This document shows, piece after piece, positions 1 to 11,619 of a DNA stretch of 64,000 nt; positions within the stretch are counted from its first letter, which is position 1, and every line of letters starts with the position of its first letter. Under the pieces are notes generated by a model that saw only the letters and a program-made list of their open reading frames with translations, was not told where the DNA came from and did not search any database. Made by a program: the position numbers and the translations under genes. Where the stretch lies: the NCBI GenBank assembly GCA_964016885.1, contig OZ024743.1, forward strand, positions 138,136,001 to 138,200,000. The letters run 5' to 3'. This DNA is from Eledone cirrhosa. Taxonomy: Eukaryota.

Positions 1-3000
1 TGGTGTTTGTACTTGGTGCTTGGTGCTTGGTGTTTGGTGCTTGGTGCTTGGTGTTTGGTGCTTGGTTCTTGGTGTTTGGTGCTTGGTGCTTGGTCTTTGG
101 TGCTTGGTGCTTGGTGTTTGGTGTTTGGTGCTTGGTGTTTGGTGCTTGGTGCTTGGTGCTTGGTGGTTGGTGTTAGGTGTTTGGTGCTTGGTGCTTGGTG
201 TTTTGTGCTTCGTGCTTGGTGCTTGGTGTTTGGTGCTTGGTGCTTGGTGTTTGGTGCTTGGTGTTTGGTGCTTGGTGTTTGGTGTTTGGTGTTTGGTGCT
301 TCGTGCTTGGTTTTTGGTGCTTGGTACTTGGTGCTTGTTGTTTGGTGATTCGTGCTTGGTGCTTGGTGTTTGGTGTTTGGTGCTGCATGCTTGGTGCTTG
401 GTGCTTGGTGCTTGGTGTTTTGTGTTTGGTGTTTGATGCTTGGTGTTTGGTGTTTGGTGCTTGGTGCTTGGTGTTTGGTGTTTGATGCTTGGTGTTTGGT
501 GTTTGGTGCTTGGTGCTTGGTGCTTGGTGCTTGGTGTTTGGTGCTTGGTGCTTGATGTTTGTACTTGGTGCTTGGTGCTTGGTGTTTGGTGCTTGGTGTT
601 TGGTGCTTGGTGCTTGGTGTTTGGTGCTTGGTGCTTGGTGTTTGGTGTTTGGTGCTTGGTGTTTGGTGCTTGGTGTTTGGTATTAGGTGTTTGGTGCTTC
701 ATGCTTGGTGCTTGGTGTTTGGTGCCATGGTGCTTGGTGTTTGGTGCTTGGTGACTGGTGCATGGTGTTTGTTGCTTGGTGCTTGGTGTTTGGTGTTTGG
801 TGCTTGGTGTTTGGTGCTTGGTGCTTGGTGCTTGGTGTTAGGTGTTAGGTGTTTGGTGCTTGGTGCTTGGTGTTTGGTGCTTGGTGTTTGGTGTTTGGTG
901 CTTGCTGCTTGCTGCTTGGTGTTTGGTGCTTGGTGATTGGTGCTTGGTGTTTGGTGCTTGGTGCTTGGTGTTTGGTGCTTGGTGCTTGATGCTTGGAGTT
1001 TGCTGCTTGGTGTTTGGTGCTTGGTACTTGGGGCTTGGTGTTTGGTGCTTCGTGCTTGGTGCTTGGTGTTTGGTGCTTGGTGCTTGGTGTTTGGTGTTTG
1101 GTGCTTGGTGTTTGGTGCTTGGTGCTTGGTGCCATGGTGCTTGGCGTTTGGTGCTTGGTGCTTGGTGTTTGGTGCTTGGTGCTTGGTGCTTGGTGTTTGG
1201 TGCTTGGTACCTGGTGCTTGGTCTTTGGTGCTTGGTGTTTGGTGTTTGGTGCTTGGTGTTTGGTGCTTGGTGCTTGGTGATTAGTGTTTGGTGCTTGGTG
1301 CTTGGGGTTTGGTGTTTGGTGCTTGGTGCTTGGGGTTTGGTCCTTGGTGCTTGGTGTTTGGTGCTTGGTGTTTGGTGTTTGCTGTTTGGTGTTTGGTGTT
1401 TGGTGTTTGGTGTTTGGTGTTTGCTGTTTGGTGTCTGCTTTTTGGTGTTTGGTGTTTGCTGTATGGTGTTTGCTGTTTCGTGTTTATTGTTTGCTGTTTG
1501 GTGTTTGGTGTTTGGTGTTTGGTGTTTCCTGTTTGGTTTTAGTCTTTGGTGCTTGGTGTTTGGTGCTTGGTGCTTGGTATTTGGTGTTTGGTGCTTGGTG
1601 CTTGGTGTTTGGTGCTTGGTGCTTGGTGCTTGTTGTTTGGTGTTTGGTGTTTGGTGTTTGGTGCTTGGTGCTTGGTGTTTGGTGCTTGGTGCTTGGTGTT
1701 TCGTGCTGCGTGCTTGGTGTTTGGTCCTTGGTGCTTGGTGCTTGCTGTTTGGTGCTTGGTGCTTGGTGTTTGGTGCTTGGTGCTTAATGCTTGGTGTTTG
1801 GTGCTTAGTGCTTGGTGTTTGGTGCTTGGTGCTTCGTGTTTGGTGTTTGCTGTTTGATGTTTGGTGTTTGCTGTTTGGTGTTTGGTGTTTGGTGCTTGCT
1901 GTTTGGTGCTTGGTGTTTGGTGCTTGGTGCTTGGTGTTTTGTGTTTGGTGCTTGGTGCTTGGGGCTTGGTGTTCGGTGCTTGGTGCTTGGTTCTTGGTGC
2001 TTGGTGTTTGGTGTTTGGTGCTTGGTGTTTGGTGTCTGGTGCTTGGTGCTTGGTGCTTGGTGTTTGGTGTTTGCTGTTTGCTGTTTGGTGTTTGCTGTTT
2101 GCTGTTTGCTGTTTGCTGTTTGGTGTCTGCTTTTTGGTGCTTGGTGTTTGCTGTATGGTGTTTGCTGTTTCATGTTTGGAGTTTGCTGTTTGCTGTTTGG
2201 TGTTTCCTGTTTGCTGTTTGGTGTTTGGTGCTTGTTGCTTGGTGCTTGGTGTTTGGTGTTTGGTGCTTGGTGTTTGGTGCTTAGTGCTTGGTGTTTGGTG
2301 TTTGTTGCTTGGTGCCTGGTGCTTGTTGTTTTGTGTTTGGTGCTTGGTGCTTGATGTTTGGTGTTTGGTGCTTGGTGTCTGGTGTTTGGTGCTTGGTGTT
2401 TGGTGTTTGGTGCTTGGTGCTTGGTGTTTGGTGTTTGGTGCTTGGTGCTTGGTGTTTGGTGTTTGGTGCTTGGTGTTTGGTGTTTGGTGTTTGGTCTTTG
2501 ATGCTTGGAGTTTGATGCTTGGTGCTTGGTGTTTGGTGCTTGGTGCTTGGTGTTTGTACTTGGTGCTTGGTGCTTGGTGTTTGGTGCTTGGTTCTTGGTG
2601 TTTGGTGCTTGGTGTTTGGTGCTTGGTGCTTGGTGGTTGGTGTTTGGTGCTTGGTGCCTGGTGCATGGTATTTGGTGCTTGATGCTTGGTGTTTGGTGTT
2701 TGGTGCTTGGTGTTTGGTGATTGGTGCTTGGTGCTTGGTGCTTGGTGCTTGGTGTTTGGTGTTTGGTGCTTGCTGCTTGCTGCTTGGTGTTTGGTGCCTG
2801 GTGATTGGTGCTTGGTGTTTGGTGCTTGGTGCTTGGTGTTTGGTGTTTGGTGCTAGGTGCTTGGTGCTTGGTGCTTGGTGTTTGGTGCTTGGTGTTTGGT
2901 GCTTGGTACTTGGGGCTTGGTGTTTGGTGCTTGGTGCTTGGTGTTTGGTGCTTGTTGTTTGGTGTTTGATGCTTGGTGTTTGATGCTTGGTGCATGGTGC

Positions 3001-4199
3001 TTGGTGTTTGGTGCTTGGTGCTTGGTGTTTGTACTTGGTGCTTGGTGCTTGGTGTTTGGTGCTTGGTGCTTGGTGTTTGGTGCTTGGTTCTTGGTGTTTG
3101 GTGCTTGGTGCTTGGTGTTTGGTGCTTGGTGCTTGGTGTTTGGTGTTTGGTGCTTGGTGTTTGGTGCTTGGTGCTTGGTGCTTGGTGGTTGGTGTTAGGT
3201 GTTTGGTGCTTGGTGCTTGGTGTTTTGTGCTTCGTGCTTGGTGTTTCGTGCTGCGTGCTTGGTGTTTGGTGCTTGGTACTTGGTGCTTGGTGTTTGGTGT
3301 TTGGTGCTTGGTATTTGGTGTTTGGTGCTTGGTGCTTGGTGTTTGGTGCTTGGTGCTTGGTGCTTGTTGTTTTGTGTTTGGTGTTTGGTGTTTGGTGATT
3401 GGTGCTTGGTGTTTGGTGCTTGGTGCTTGGTGTTTCGTGCTGCGTGCTTGGTGTTTGGTGCTTGGTACTTGGTGCTTGGTGTTTGGTGTTTGGTGTTTGA
3501 TGTTTGGTGCTTGGTGCTTGGTGTTTGGTGCTTGGTGATTGATGCTTGGTGTTTGGTGCTTGGTGCTAGGTGTTTGGTTTTTGGTGCTAGGTGCTTGGTG
3601 CTTGGTGTTTGGTGCTTGGTGTTTGGTGTTTGGTGCTTGGTGCTTGGTGCTTGGTGTTTGGTGCTTGGTTCTTGGTGCTTGGTGTTTGGTGTTTGGTGTT
3701 TGGTGCTTGGTGTTTGGTGCTTGGTGCTTGGTGCTGGGAGTTTGGTGCTTGGTGCTTGGTGTTTGCTGCATGGTGCTTGGTGCTTGGTGTTTGTCGCTTG
3801 GTGCTTGGTGCTTGGTGTTTGGTGCTTGGTGTTTGGTGTTTGGTGCTTGGTGCTTGGTGTGTGGTGTTTGCTGTTTGCTGTTTGGTGTTTCCTCTTTGCT
3901 GTTTGGTGTTTGGTGCTTGGTGCTTGGTGCTTGGTGTTTGGTGTTTGGTGCTTGGTGTTTGGTGCTTAGTGCTTGGTGTTTGGTGTTTGGTGCTTGGTGC
4001 CTGGTGCTTGTTGTTTGGTGTTTGGTGCTTGGTGCTTGATGTTTGGTGTTTGGTGCTTGGTGTTTGGTGTTTGGTGCTTGGTGTTTGGTGTTTGCTGTTT
4101 GGTGTTTGGTGTTTGGTATTTGGTGTTTGCTGTTTGCTGTTTGGTGTCTGCTTTTTGGTGTTTGGTGTTTGCTCTATGGTGTTTGCTGTTTGGTCTTTG

Positions 4200-5390
4200 G
4201 TGTTTGGTGTTTGGTGTTTCCTATTTGGTCTTTAGTCTTTCGTGCTTGGTGTTTGGTGCTTGGTGCTTGGTATTTGGTGTTTGGTGCTTGGTGCTTGGTG
4301 TTTGGTGCTTGGTGCTTGGTGCTTGTTGTTTGGTGTTTGGTGTTTGGTGTTTGGTGATTGGTGCTTGGTGTTTGGTGCTTGGTGCTTGGTGTTTCGTGCT
4401 GCGTGCTTGGTGTTTGGTGCTTGGTACTTGGTGCTTGGTGTTTGGTGTTTGGTGTTTGATGTTTGGTGCTCGGTGCTTGGTGTTTGGTGCTTGGTGATTG
4501 ATGCTTGGTGTTTGGTGCTTGGTGCTAGGTGTTTGGTTTTTGGTGCTAGGTGCTTGGTGCTTGGTGTTTGGTGCTTGGTGTTTGGTGTTTGGTGCTTGGT
4601 GCTTGGTGCTTGGTGTTTGGTGCTTGGTTCTTGGTGCTTGGTGTTTGGTGTTTGGTGTTTGGTGCTTGGTGTTTGGTGCTTGGTGCTTGGTGCTGGGAGT
4701 TTGGTGCTTGGTGCTTGGTGTTTGCTGCATGGTGCTTGGTGCTTGGTGTTTGTCGCTTGGTGCTTGGTGCTTGGTGTTTGGTGCTTGGTGTTTGGTGTTT
4801 GGTGTTTCCTATTTGGTCTTTAGTCTTTCGTGCTTGGTGTTTGGTGCTTGGTGCTTGGTATTTGGTGTTTGGTGCTTGGTGCTTGGTGTTTGGTGCTTGG
4901 TGCTTGGTGCTTGTTGTTTGGTGTTTGGTGTTTGGTGTTTGGTGATTGGTGCTTGGTGTTTGGTGCTTGGTGCTTGGTGTTTCGTGCTGCGTGCTTGGTG
5001 TTTGGTGCTTGGTACTTGGTGCTTGGTGTTTGGTGTTTGGTGTTTGATGTTTGGTGCTTGGTGCTTGGTGTTTGGTGCTTGGTGATTGATGCTTGGTGTT
5101 TGGTGCTTGGTGCTAGGTGTTTGGTTTTTGGTGCTAGGTGCTTGGTGCTTGGTGTTTGGTGCTTGGTGTTTGGTGTTTGGTGCTTGGTGCTTGGTGCTTG
5201 GTGTTTGGTGCTTGGTTCTTGGTGCTTGGTGTTTGGTGTTTGGTGTTTGGTGCTTGGTGTTTGGTGCTTGGTGCTTGGTGCTGGGAGTTTGGTGCTTGGT
5301 GCTTGGTGTTTGCCGCATGGTGCTTGGTGCTTGGTGTTTGTCGCTTGGTGCTTGGTGCTTGGTGTTTGGTGCTTGGTGTTTGGTGTTTGG
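4200..5390 (+). repeat. Tandem duplication, period 588 bp (84 units); an earlier partial copy lies 959 bp upstream
   Basis: The rare variant strings TTCCTAT-TTGGTCT-TTAGTCT-TTCGTGC and TGGGAGT recur 588 bp apart. Matching ORF starts are 4242/4830 and 3539/4498/5086. Confidence 0.9.
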
Positions 5391-5419
5391 TGCTTGTTGC
5401 TTGGTGTGTGGTGTTTGCT

Positions 5420-8400
5420 GTTTGCTGTTTGGTGTTTCCTCTTTGCTGTTTGGTGTTTGGTGCTTGGTGCTTGGTGCTTGGTGTTTGGTGTTTGGTGCTT
5501 GGTGTTTGGTGCTTAGTGCTTGGTGTTTGGTGTTTGGTGCTTGGTGCCTGGTGCTTGTTGTTTGGTGTTTGGTGCTTGGTGCTTGATGTTTGGTGTTTGG
5601 TGCTTGGTGTCTGGTGTTTGGTGCTTGGTGTTTGGTGTTTGGTGCTTGGTGCTTGGTGTTTGGTGTTTGGTGCTTGGTGCTTGGTGTTTGGTGTTTTGTG
5701 CTTGGTGTTTGGTGCTTGGTGCTTGGTGTTTGGTGTTTGGTGCTTGGTGCTTGGTGTTTGGTGTTTGATGCTTGGTGTTTGATGCTTGGTGCTTGGTGCT
5801 TGGTGTTTGGTGCTTGGTGCTTGGTGTTTGTACTTGGTGCTTGGTGCTTGGTGTTTGGTGCTTGGTGCTTGGTGTTTGGTGCTTGGTTCTTGGTGTTTGG
5901 TGCTTGGTGCTTGGTGTTTGGTGCTTGGTGCTTGGTGTTTGGTGTTTGGTGCTTGGTGTTTGGTGCTTGGTGCTTGGTGCTTGGTGGTTGGTGTTAGGTG
6001 TTTGGTGCTTGGTGCTTGGTGTTTTGTGCTTCGTGCTTGGTGCTTGGTGTTTGGTGCTTGGTGCTTGGTGTTTGGTGCTTGGTGTTTGGTGCTTGGTGTT
6101 TGGTGTTTGGTGTTTGGTGCTTGGTGCTTGGTGTTTGGTGCTTGGTGCTTGGTGCTTGTTGTTTGGTGATTGGTGCTTGGTGCTTGGTGTTTGGTGTTTG
6201 GTGCTTGGGGCTTGGTGTTTGGTACTGCATGCTTGGTGCTTGGTGTTTGTTGTTTGGTGCTTGGTGTTTGGTGCTTGGTGCTTGGTGGTTGGTGTTTGGT
6301 GCTTGGTGCCTGGTGCATGGTGTTTGGTGCTTGATGCTTGGTGTTTGGTGTTTGGTGCTTGGTGTTTGGTGATTGGTGCTTGGTGCTTGGTGCTTGGTGC
6401 TTGGTGTTTGGTGTTTGGTGCTTGCTGCTTGCTGCTTGGTGTTTGGTGCCTGGTGATTGGTGCCTGGTGTTTGGTGCTTGTTGCTTGGTGTTTGGTGTTT
6501 GGTGCTAGGTGCTTGGTGCTTGGTGCTTGGTGTTTGGTGCTTGGTGTTTGGTGCTTGGTACTCGGGGCTTGGTGTTTGGTGCTTGGTGCTTGGTGTTTGG
6601 TGCTTGTTGTTTGGTGCTTGGTGCTTGGTGTTTGGTGTTTGGTGCTTGGTGTTTGGTGCTTGGTGCTTGGTGCTGGGTTGTTGGCGTTTGGTGCTTGGTG
6701 CTTGGTGTTTGGCGCTTGGTGCTTGGTGCTTGGTGTTTGGTGCTTGGTCTTTGGTGCTTGGTGTTTGGTGTTTGGTGCTTGGTGCTTGGTGTTTGGTGCT
6801 TGGTGCTTGGTGATTAGTGTTTGGTGCTTGGTGCTTGTGGTTTGGTGTTTGGTGCTTGGTGTTTGGTGCTTGGTGCTTGGTGTTTGGTGCTTGGTGTTTG
6901 GTTTTTGCTGTTTCATGTTTGGTGTTTGGTGCTTGGTGCTTGGTGCTTGGTGTTTGGTGTTTGGTGCTTGGTGTTTGGTGCTTAGTGCTTGGTGTTTGGT
7001 GTTTGGTGCTCGGTGCCTGGTGCTTGTTGTTTGGTGTTTGGTGCTTGGTGCTTGATGTTTGGTGTTTGTTGTTTGCTGTTTGATGTTTGGTGTTTGCTCT
7101 TTGCTGTTTGGTGTCTGCTTTTTCGTGTTTGCTGTTTGCTGTTTGGTGTTTCCTCTTTGTTGTTTGGTGTTTGGTGCTTGGTGCTTGGTGCTTGGTGTTT
7201 GGTGTTTGGTGCTTGGTGTTTGGTGCTTAGTGCTTGGTGTTTGGTGTTTGGTGCTCGGTGCCTGGTGCTTGTTGTTTGGTGTTTGGTGCTTGGTGCTTGA
7301 TGTTTGGTGTTTGGTGCTTGGTGTCTGGTGTTTGGTGCTTGGTGTTTGGTGTTTGGTGCTTGGTGCTTGGTGTTTGGTGTTTGGTGCTTGGTGCTTGGTG
7401 TTTGGTGTTTTGTGCTTGGTGTTTGGTGCTTGGTGCTTGGTGTTTGGTGTTTGGTGCTTGGTGCTTGGTGTTTGGTGTTTGATGCTTGGTGTTTGATGCT
7501 TGGTGCTTTGTTCTTGGTGTTTGGTGCTTGGTGCTTGGTGTTTGTACTTGGTGCTTGGTGCTTGGTGTTTGGTGCTTGGTACTTGGTGTTTGGTGCTTGG
7601 TTCTTGGTGTTTGGTGCTTGGTGCTTGGTGTTTGGTGCTTGGTGCTTGGTGTTTGGTGTTTGGTGCTTGGTGTTTGGTGCTTGGTGCTTGGTGCTTGGTG
7701 GTTGGTGTTAGGTGTTTGGTGCTTGGTGCTTGGTGTTTTGTGCTTCGTGCTTGGTGCTTGGTGTTTGGTGCTTGGTGCTTGGTGTTTGGTGCTTGGTGTT
7801 TGGTGCTTGGTGTTTGGTGTTTGGTGTTTGGTGCTTGGTGCTTGGTGTTTGGTGCTTGGTGCTTGGTGCTTGTTGTTTGGTGATTGGTGCTTGGTGCTTG
7901 GTGTTTGGTGTTTGGTGCTTGGGGCTTGGTGTTTGGTACTGCATGCTTGGTGCTTGGTGTTTGGTGTTTGGTGCTTGGTGGTTGGTGCTTGGTGCTTGGT
8001 GGTTGGTGTTTGGTGCTTGGTGCCTGGTGCATGGTGTTTGGTGCTTGATGCTTGGTGTTTGGTGTTTGGTGCTTGGTGTTTGGTGATTGGTTCTTGGTGC
8101 TTGGTGCTTGGTGCTTGGTGTTTGGTGTTTGGTGCTTGCTGCTTGCTGCTTGGTGTTTGGTGCCTGGTGATTGGTGCTTGGTGTTTGGTGCTTGTCGCTT
8201 GGTGTTTGGTGTTTGGTGCTAGGTGCTTGGTGCTTGGTGCTTGGTGTTTGGTGCTTGGTACTCGGGGCTTGGTGTTTGGTGCTTGGTGCTTGGTGTTTGG
8301 TGCTTGTTGTTTGGTGCTTGGTGCTTGGTGTTTGGTGTTTGGTGCTTGGTGTTTGGTGCTTTGTGCTTGGTGCTGGGTTGTTGGCGTTTGGTGCTTGGTG

Positions 8401-8620
8401 CTTGGTGTTTGGTGCTTGGTGCTTGGTGCTTGGTGCTTGGTCTTTGGTGCTTGGTCTTTGGTGCTTGGTGTTTGGTGTTTGGTGCTTGGTGCTTGGTGTT
8501 TGGTGCTTGGTGCTTGGTGATTAGTGTTTGGTGCTTGGTGCTTGTGGTTTGGTGTTTGGTGCTTGGTGTTTGGTGCTTGGTGCTTGGTGTTTGGTGCTTG
8601 GTGTTTGGTTTTTGCTGTTT
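5420..8620 (+). repeat. Tandem duplication, period ~1714 bp (245 units minus 1)
   Basis: TTGTAC at 5828 and 7542; TTCCTCT at ~5436 and ~7150; GGTACTGCATGC and GGTACTCGGGGC occur in both copies. Matching ORF pairs are 5786/7500, 5998/7712 and 6509/8223. Confidence 0.9.
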
Positions 8621-11619
8621 GGTGTTTGGTGTCTGCTTTTTGGTGTTTGGTGTTTGCTGTATGGTGTTTGTTGTTTCGTGTTTATTGTTTGCTGTTTGGT
8701 GTTTGGTGTTTCCTGTTTGGTCTTTAGTCTTTGGTGCTTGGTGTTTGGTGCTTGGTGCTTGGTGCTTGGTGTTTGGTGCTTGGTGCTTGGTGCTTGTTGT
8801 TTGGTGATTGGTGCTTGGTGTTTGGTGTTTGGTGCTTGGGGCTTGGTGTTTGGTGCTGCGTACTTGGTGCTTGGTGCTTGGTGCTTGGTGCTTGGTGTTT
8901 TGTGTTTGGTGTTTGATGCTTGGTGTTTGGTGTTTGGTGTTTGGTGCTTGGTGTTTGGTGTTTGATGCTTGGTGCTTGATGCTTGGTGCTTGGTGCTTGG
9001 TGTTTGGTGCTTGGTGCTTGGTGTTTGTACTTGGTGCTTGGTGCTTGGTGTTTGGTGCTTGGTGTTTGGTGCTTGGTACTTGGGGTTTGGTGCTTGGTGC
9101 TTGGTGTTTGGTGCTTGGTGCTTGGTGCTTGGTGATTAGTGTTTGGTGCTTGGTGCTTGTGGTTTGGTGTTTGGTGCTTGGTGCTTGGTGTTTGGTGCTT
9201 GGTGCTTGGTGTTTGGTGCTTGGTGTTTCGTTTTTGATGTTTGGTGTTTGGTGTTTGGTGTTTGCTGTTTGCTGTTTGCTGTTTGGTGTCTGCTTTTTGG
9301 TGTTTGGTGTTTGCTGTATGGTGTTTGGTGTTTGGTGTTTGGTGTTTCCTGTTTGGTCTTCAGTCTTTGGTGCTTGGTGTTTGGTGCTTGGTGCTTGGTG
9401 TTTGGTGCTTGGTGCTTGGTGCTTGTTGTTTGGTGATTGGTGCTTGGTGTTTGGTGTTTGGTGCTTGGGGCTTGGTGTTTGGTGCTGCGTGCTTGGTGCT
9501 TGGTGCTTGGTGCTTGGTGCTTGGTGTTTTGTGTTTGGTGTTTGATGCTTGGTGTTTGGTGTTTGGTGTTTGGTGCTTGGTGCTTGGTGTTTGGTGTTTG
9601 ATGCTTGGTGCTTGATGCTTGGTGCTTGGTGCTTGGTGTTTGGTGCTTGGTGCCTGTGGCTTGGTGTTTGGTGCTGCGTGCTTGGTGCTTGGTGCTTGGT
9701 GCTTGGTGCTCGGTGTTTTGTGTTTGGTGTTTGATGCTTGGTGTTTGGTGTTTGGTGTTTGGTGCTTGGTGTTTGGTGTTTGGTGTTTGGTGTTTGATGC
9801 TTGGAGTTTGATGCTTGGTGCTTGGCGTTTGGTGCTTGGTGCTTGGTGTTTGTACTTGGTGCTTGGTGCTTGGTGTTTGGTGCTTGGTTCTTGGTGTTTG
9901 GTGCTTGGTGTTTGGTGCTTGGTGCTTGGTGTTTGGTGTTTGGTGCTTGGTGTTTGGTGCTTGGTGCTTGGTGGTTGGTGTTTGGTGCTTGGTGACTGGT
10001 GCATGGTGTTTGGTGCTTGATGCTTGGTGTTTGGTGTTTGGTGCTTGGTGTTTGGTGATTGGTGCTTGGTGCTTGGTGCTTGGTGGTTGGTGTTTGGTGC
10101 CTGGTGATTGGTGCTTGGTGTTTGGTGCTTGGTGCTTGGTGTTTGGTGTTTGGTGCTAGGTGCTTGGTGCTTGGTGCTTGGTGTTTGGTGCTTGGTGTTT
10201 GGTGCTTGGTACTTGGGGCTTGGTGTTTGGTGCTTGGTGCTTGATGTTTGGTGCTTGTTGTTTGGTGCTTGGTGCTTGGTGTTTGGTGTTTGGTGCTTGG
10301 TGTTTGGTGCTTGGTGCTTGGTGCTGGGTTGTTGGCGTTTGGTGCTTGGTGCTTGGTGTTTGGCGCTTGGTGCTTGGTGCTTGGTGTTTGGTGCTTGGTC
10401 TTTGGTGCTTGGTGTTTGGTGTTTGGTGCTTGGTGCTTGGTGTTTGGTGCTTGGTGCTTCGTGATTAGTGTTTGGTGCTTGGTGCTTGTGGTTTGGTGTT
10501 TGGTGCTTGGTGTTTGGTGCTTGTTGCTTGGTGTTTGGTGCTTGGTGTTTGGTTTTTGCTGTTTGGTGTTTGGTGTCTGCTTTTTGGTGTTTGGTGTTTG
10601 CTGTATGGTGTTTGCTGTTTCGTGTTTATTGTTTGCTGTTTGGTGTTTGGTGTTTCCTGTTTGGTCTTTAGTCTTTGGTGCTTGGTGTTTGGTGCTTGGT
10701 GCTTGGTGCTTGGTGTTTGGTGCTTGGTGATTGGTGATTGGTGCTTGGTGTTTTGTGTTTGGTGTTTGATGCTTGGTGTTTGGTGTTTGGTGTTTGGTGC
10801 TTGGTGCTTGGTGTTTGGTGTTTGATGCTTGGTGCTTGATGCTTGGTGCTTGGTGCTTGGTGTTTGGTGCTTGGTGCTTGGTGTTTGTACTTGGTGCTTG
10901 GTGCTTGGTGTTTGGTGCTTGGTGTTTGGTGCTTGGTGTTTGGTGTTTGCTCTTTACTGTTTGGTGTTTGGTGTTTGCTGTTTCGTGTTTGGTGTTTGGT
11001 GTTTGCTGTTTGGTGTTCGCTGTTTGGTGCTTGGTGTTTGGTGCTTGGTGCTTGGTGTTTGGTGCTTGGTGTTTGGTGTTTGGTGCTTGGTGCTTGGTGT
11101 TTGGTGTTTGGTGCTTGGTGTTTGGTGTTTGGTGCTTGGTGCTTGGTGTTTGTTGCTCGGTACTTGGTGCATGGTGTTTAGTGCTGGGTGCTTGGTGTTT
11201 GGTGCTTGGTGTTTGGTGCTTGTTGTTTGGTGTCTGGTGCTTCGTGCTTGGTGCTTGGTCTTTGGTGCTAGGTGCTTGGTGCTTGGTGCTTGGTGTTTGG
11301 TGCTTGGTACTTGGGGCTTGGTGTTTGGTGCTTGGTGCTTGGGGTTTGGTGCTTGGTGCTTGGTGTTTGGTGTTTGGTGCTTGGTGCTTGGTGCTTGGTG
11401 CTGGGTGGTTGGTGTTTGGTGCTTGGTGTTTGGTGCTTGGTGCTTGGTGCTTGGTGCTTGGTGTTTGGTGCTTGGTGCTTGGTGCTTGGTCTTTGGTGCT
11501 TGGTGTTTGGTGTTTGGTGCTTGGTGCTTGGTGTTTGGTGTTTGGTTTTTGGTGCTTGGTGCTTGGTGTTTGGTGCTTGGTGCTTGGTCTTTGGTGCTTG
11601 GTGTTTGGTGTTTGGTGCT

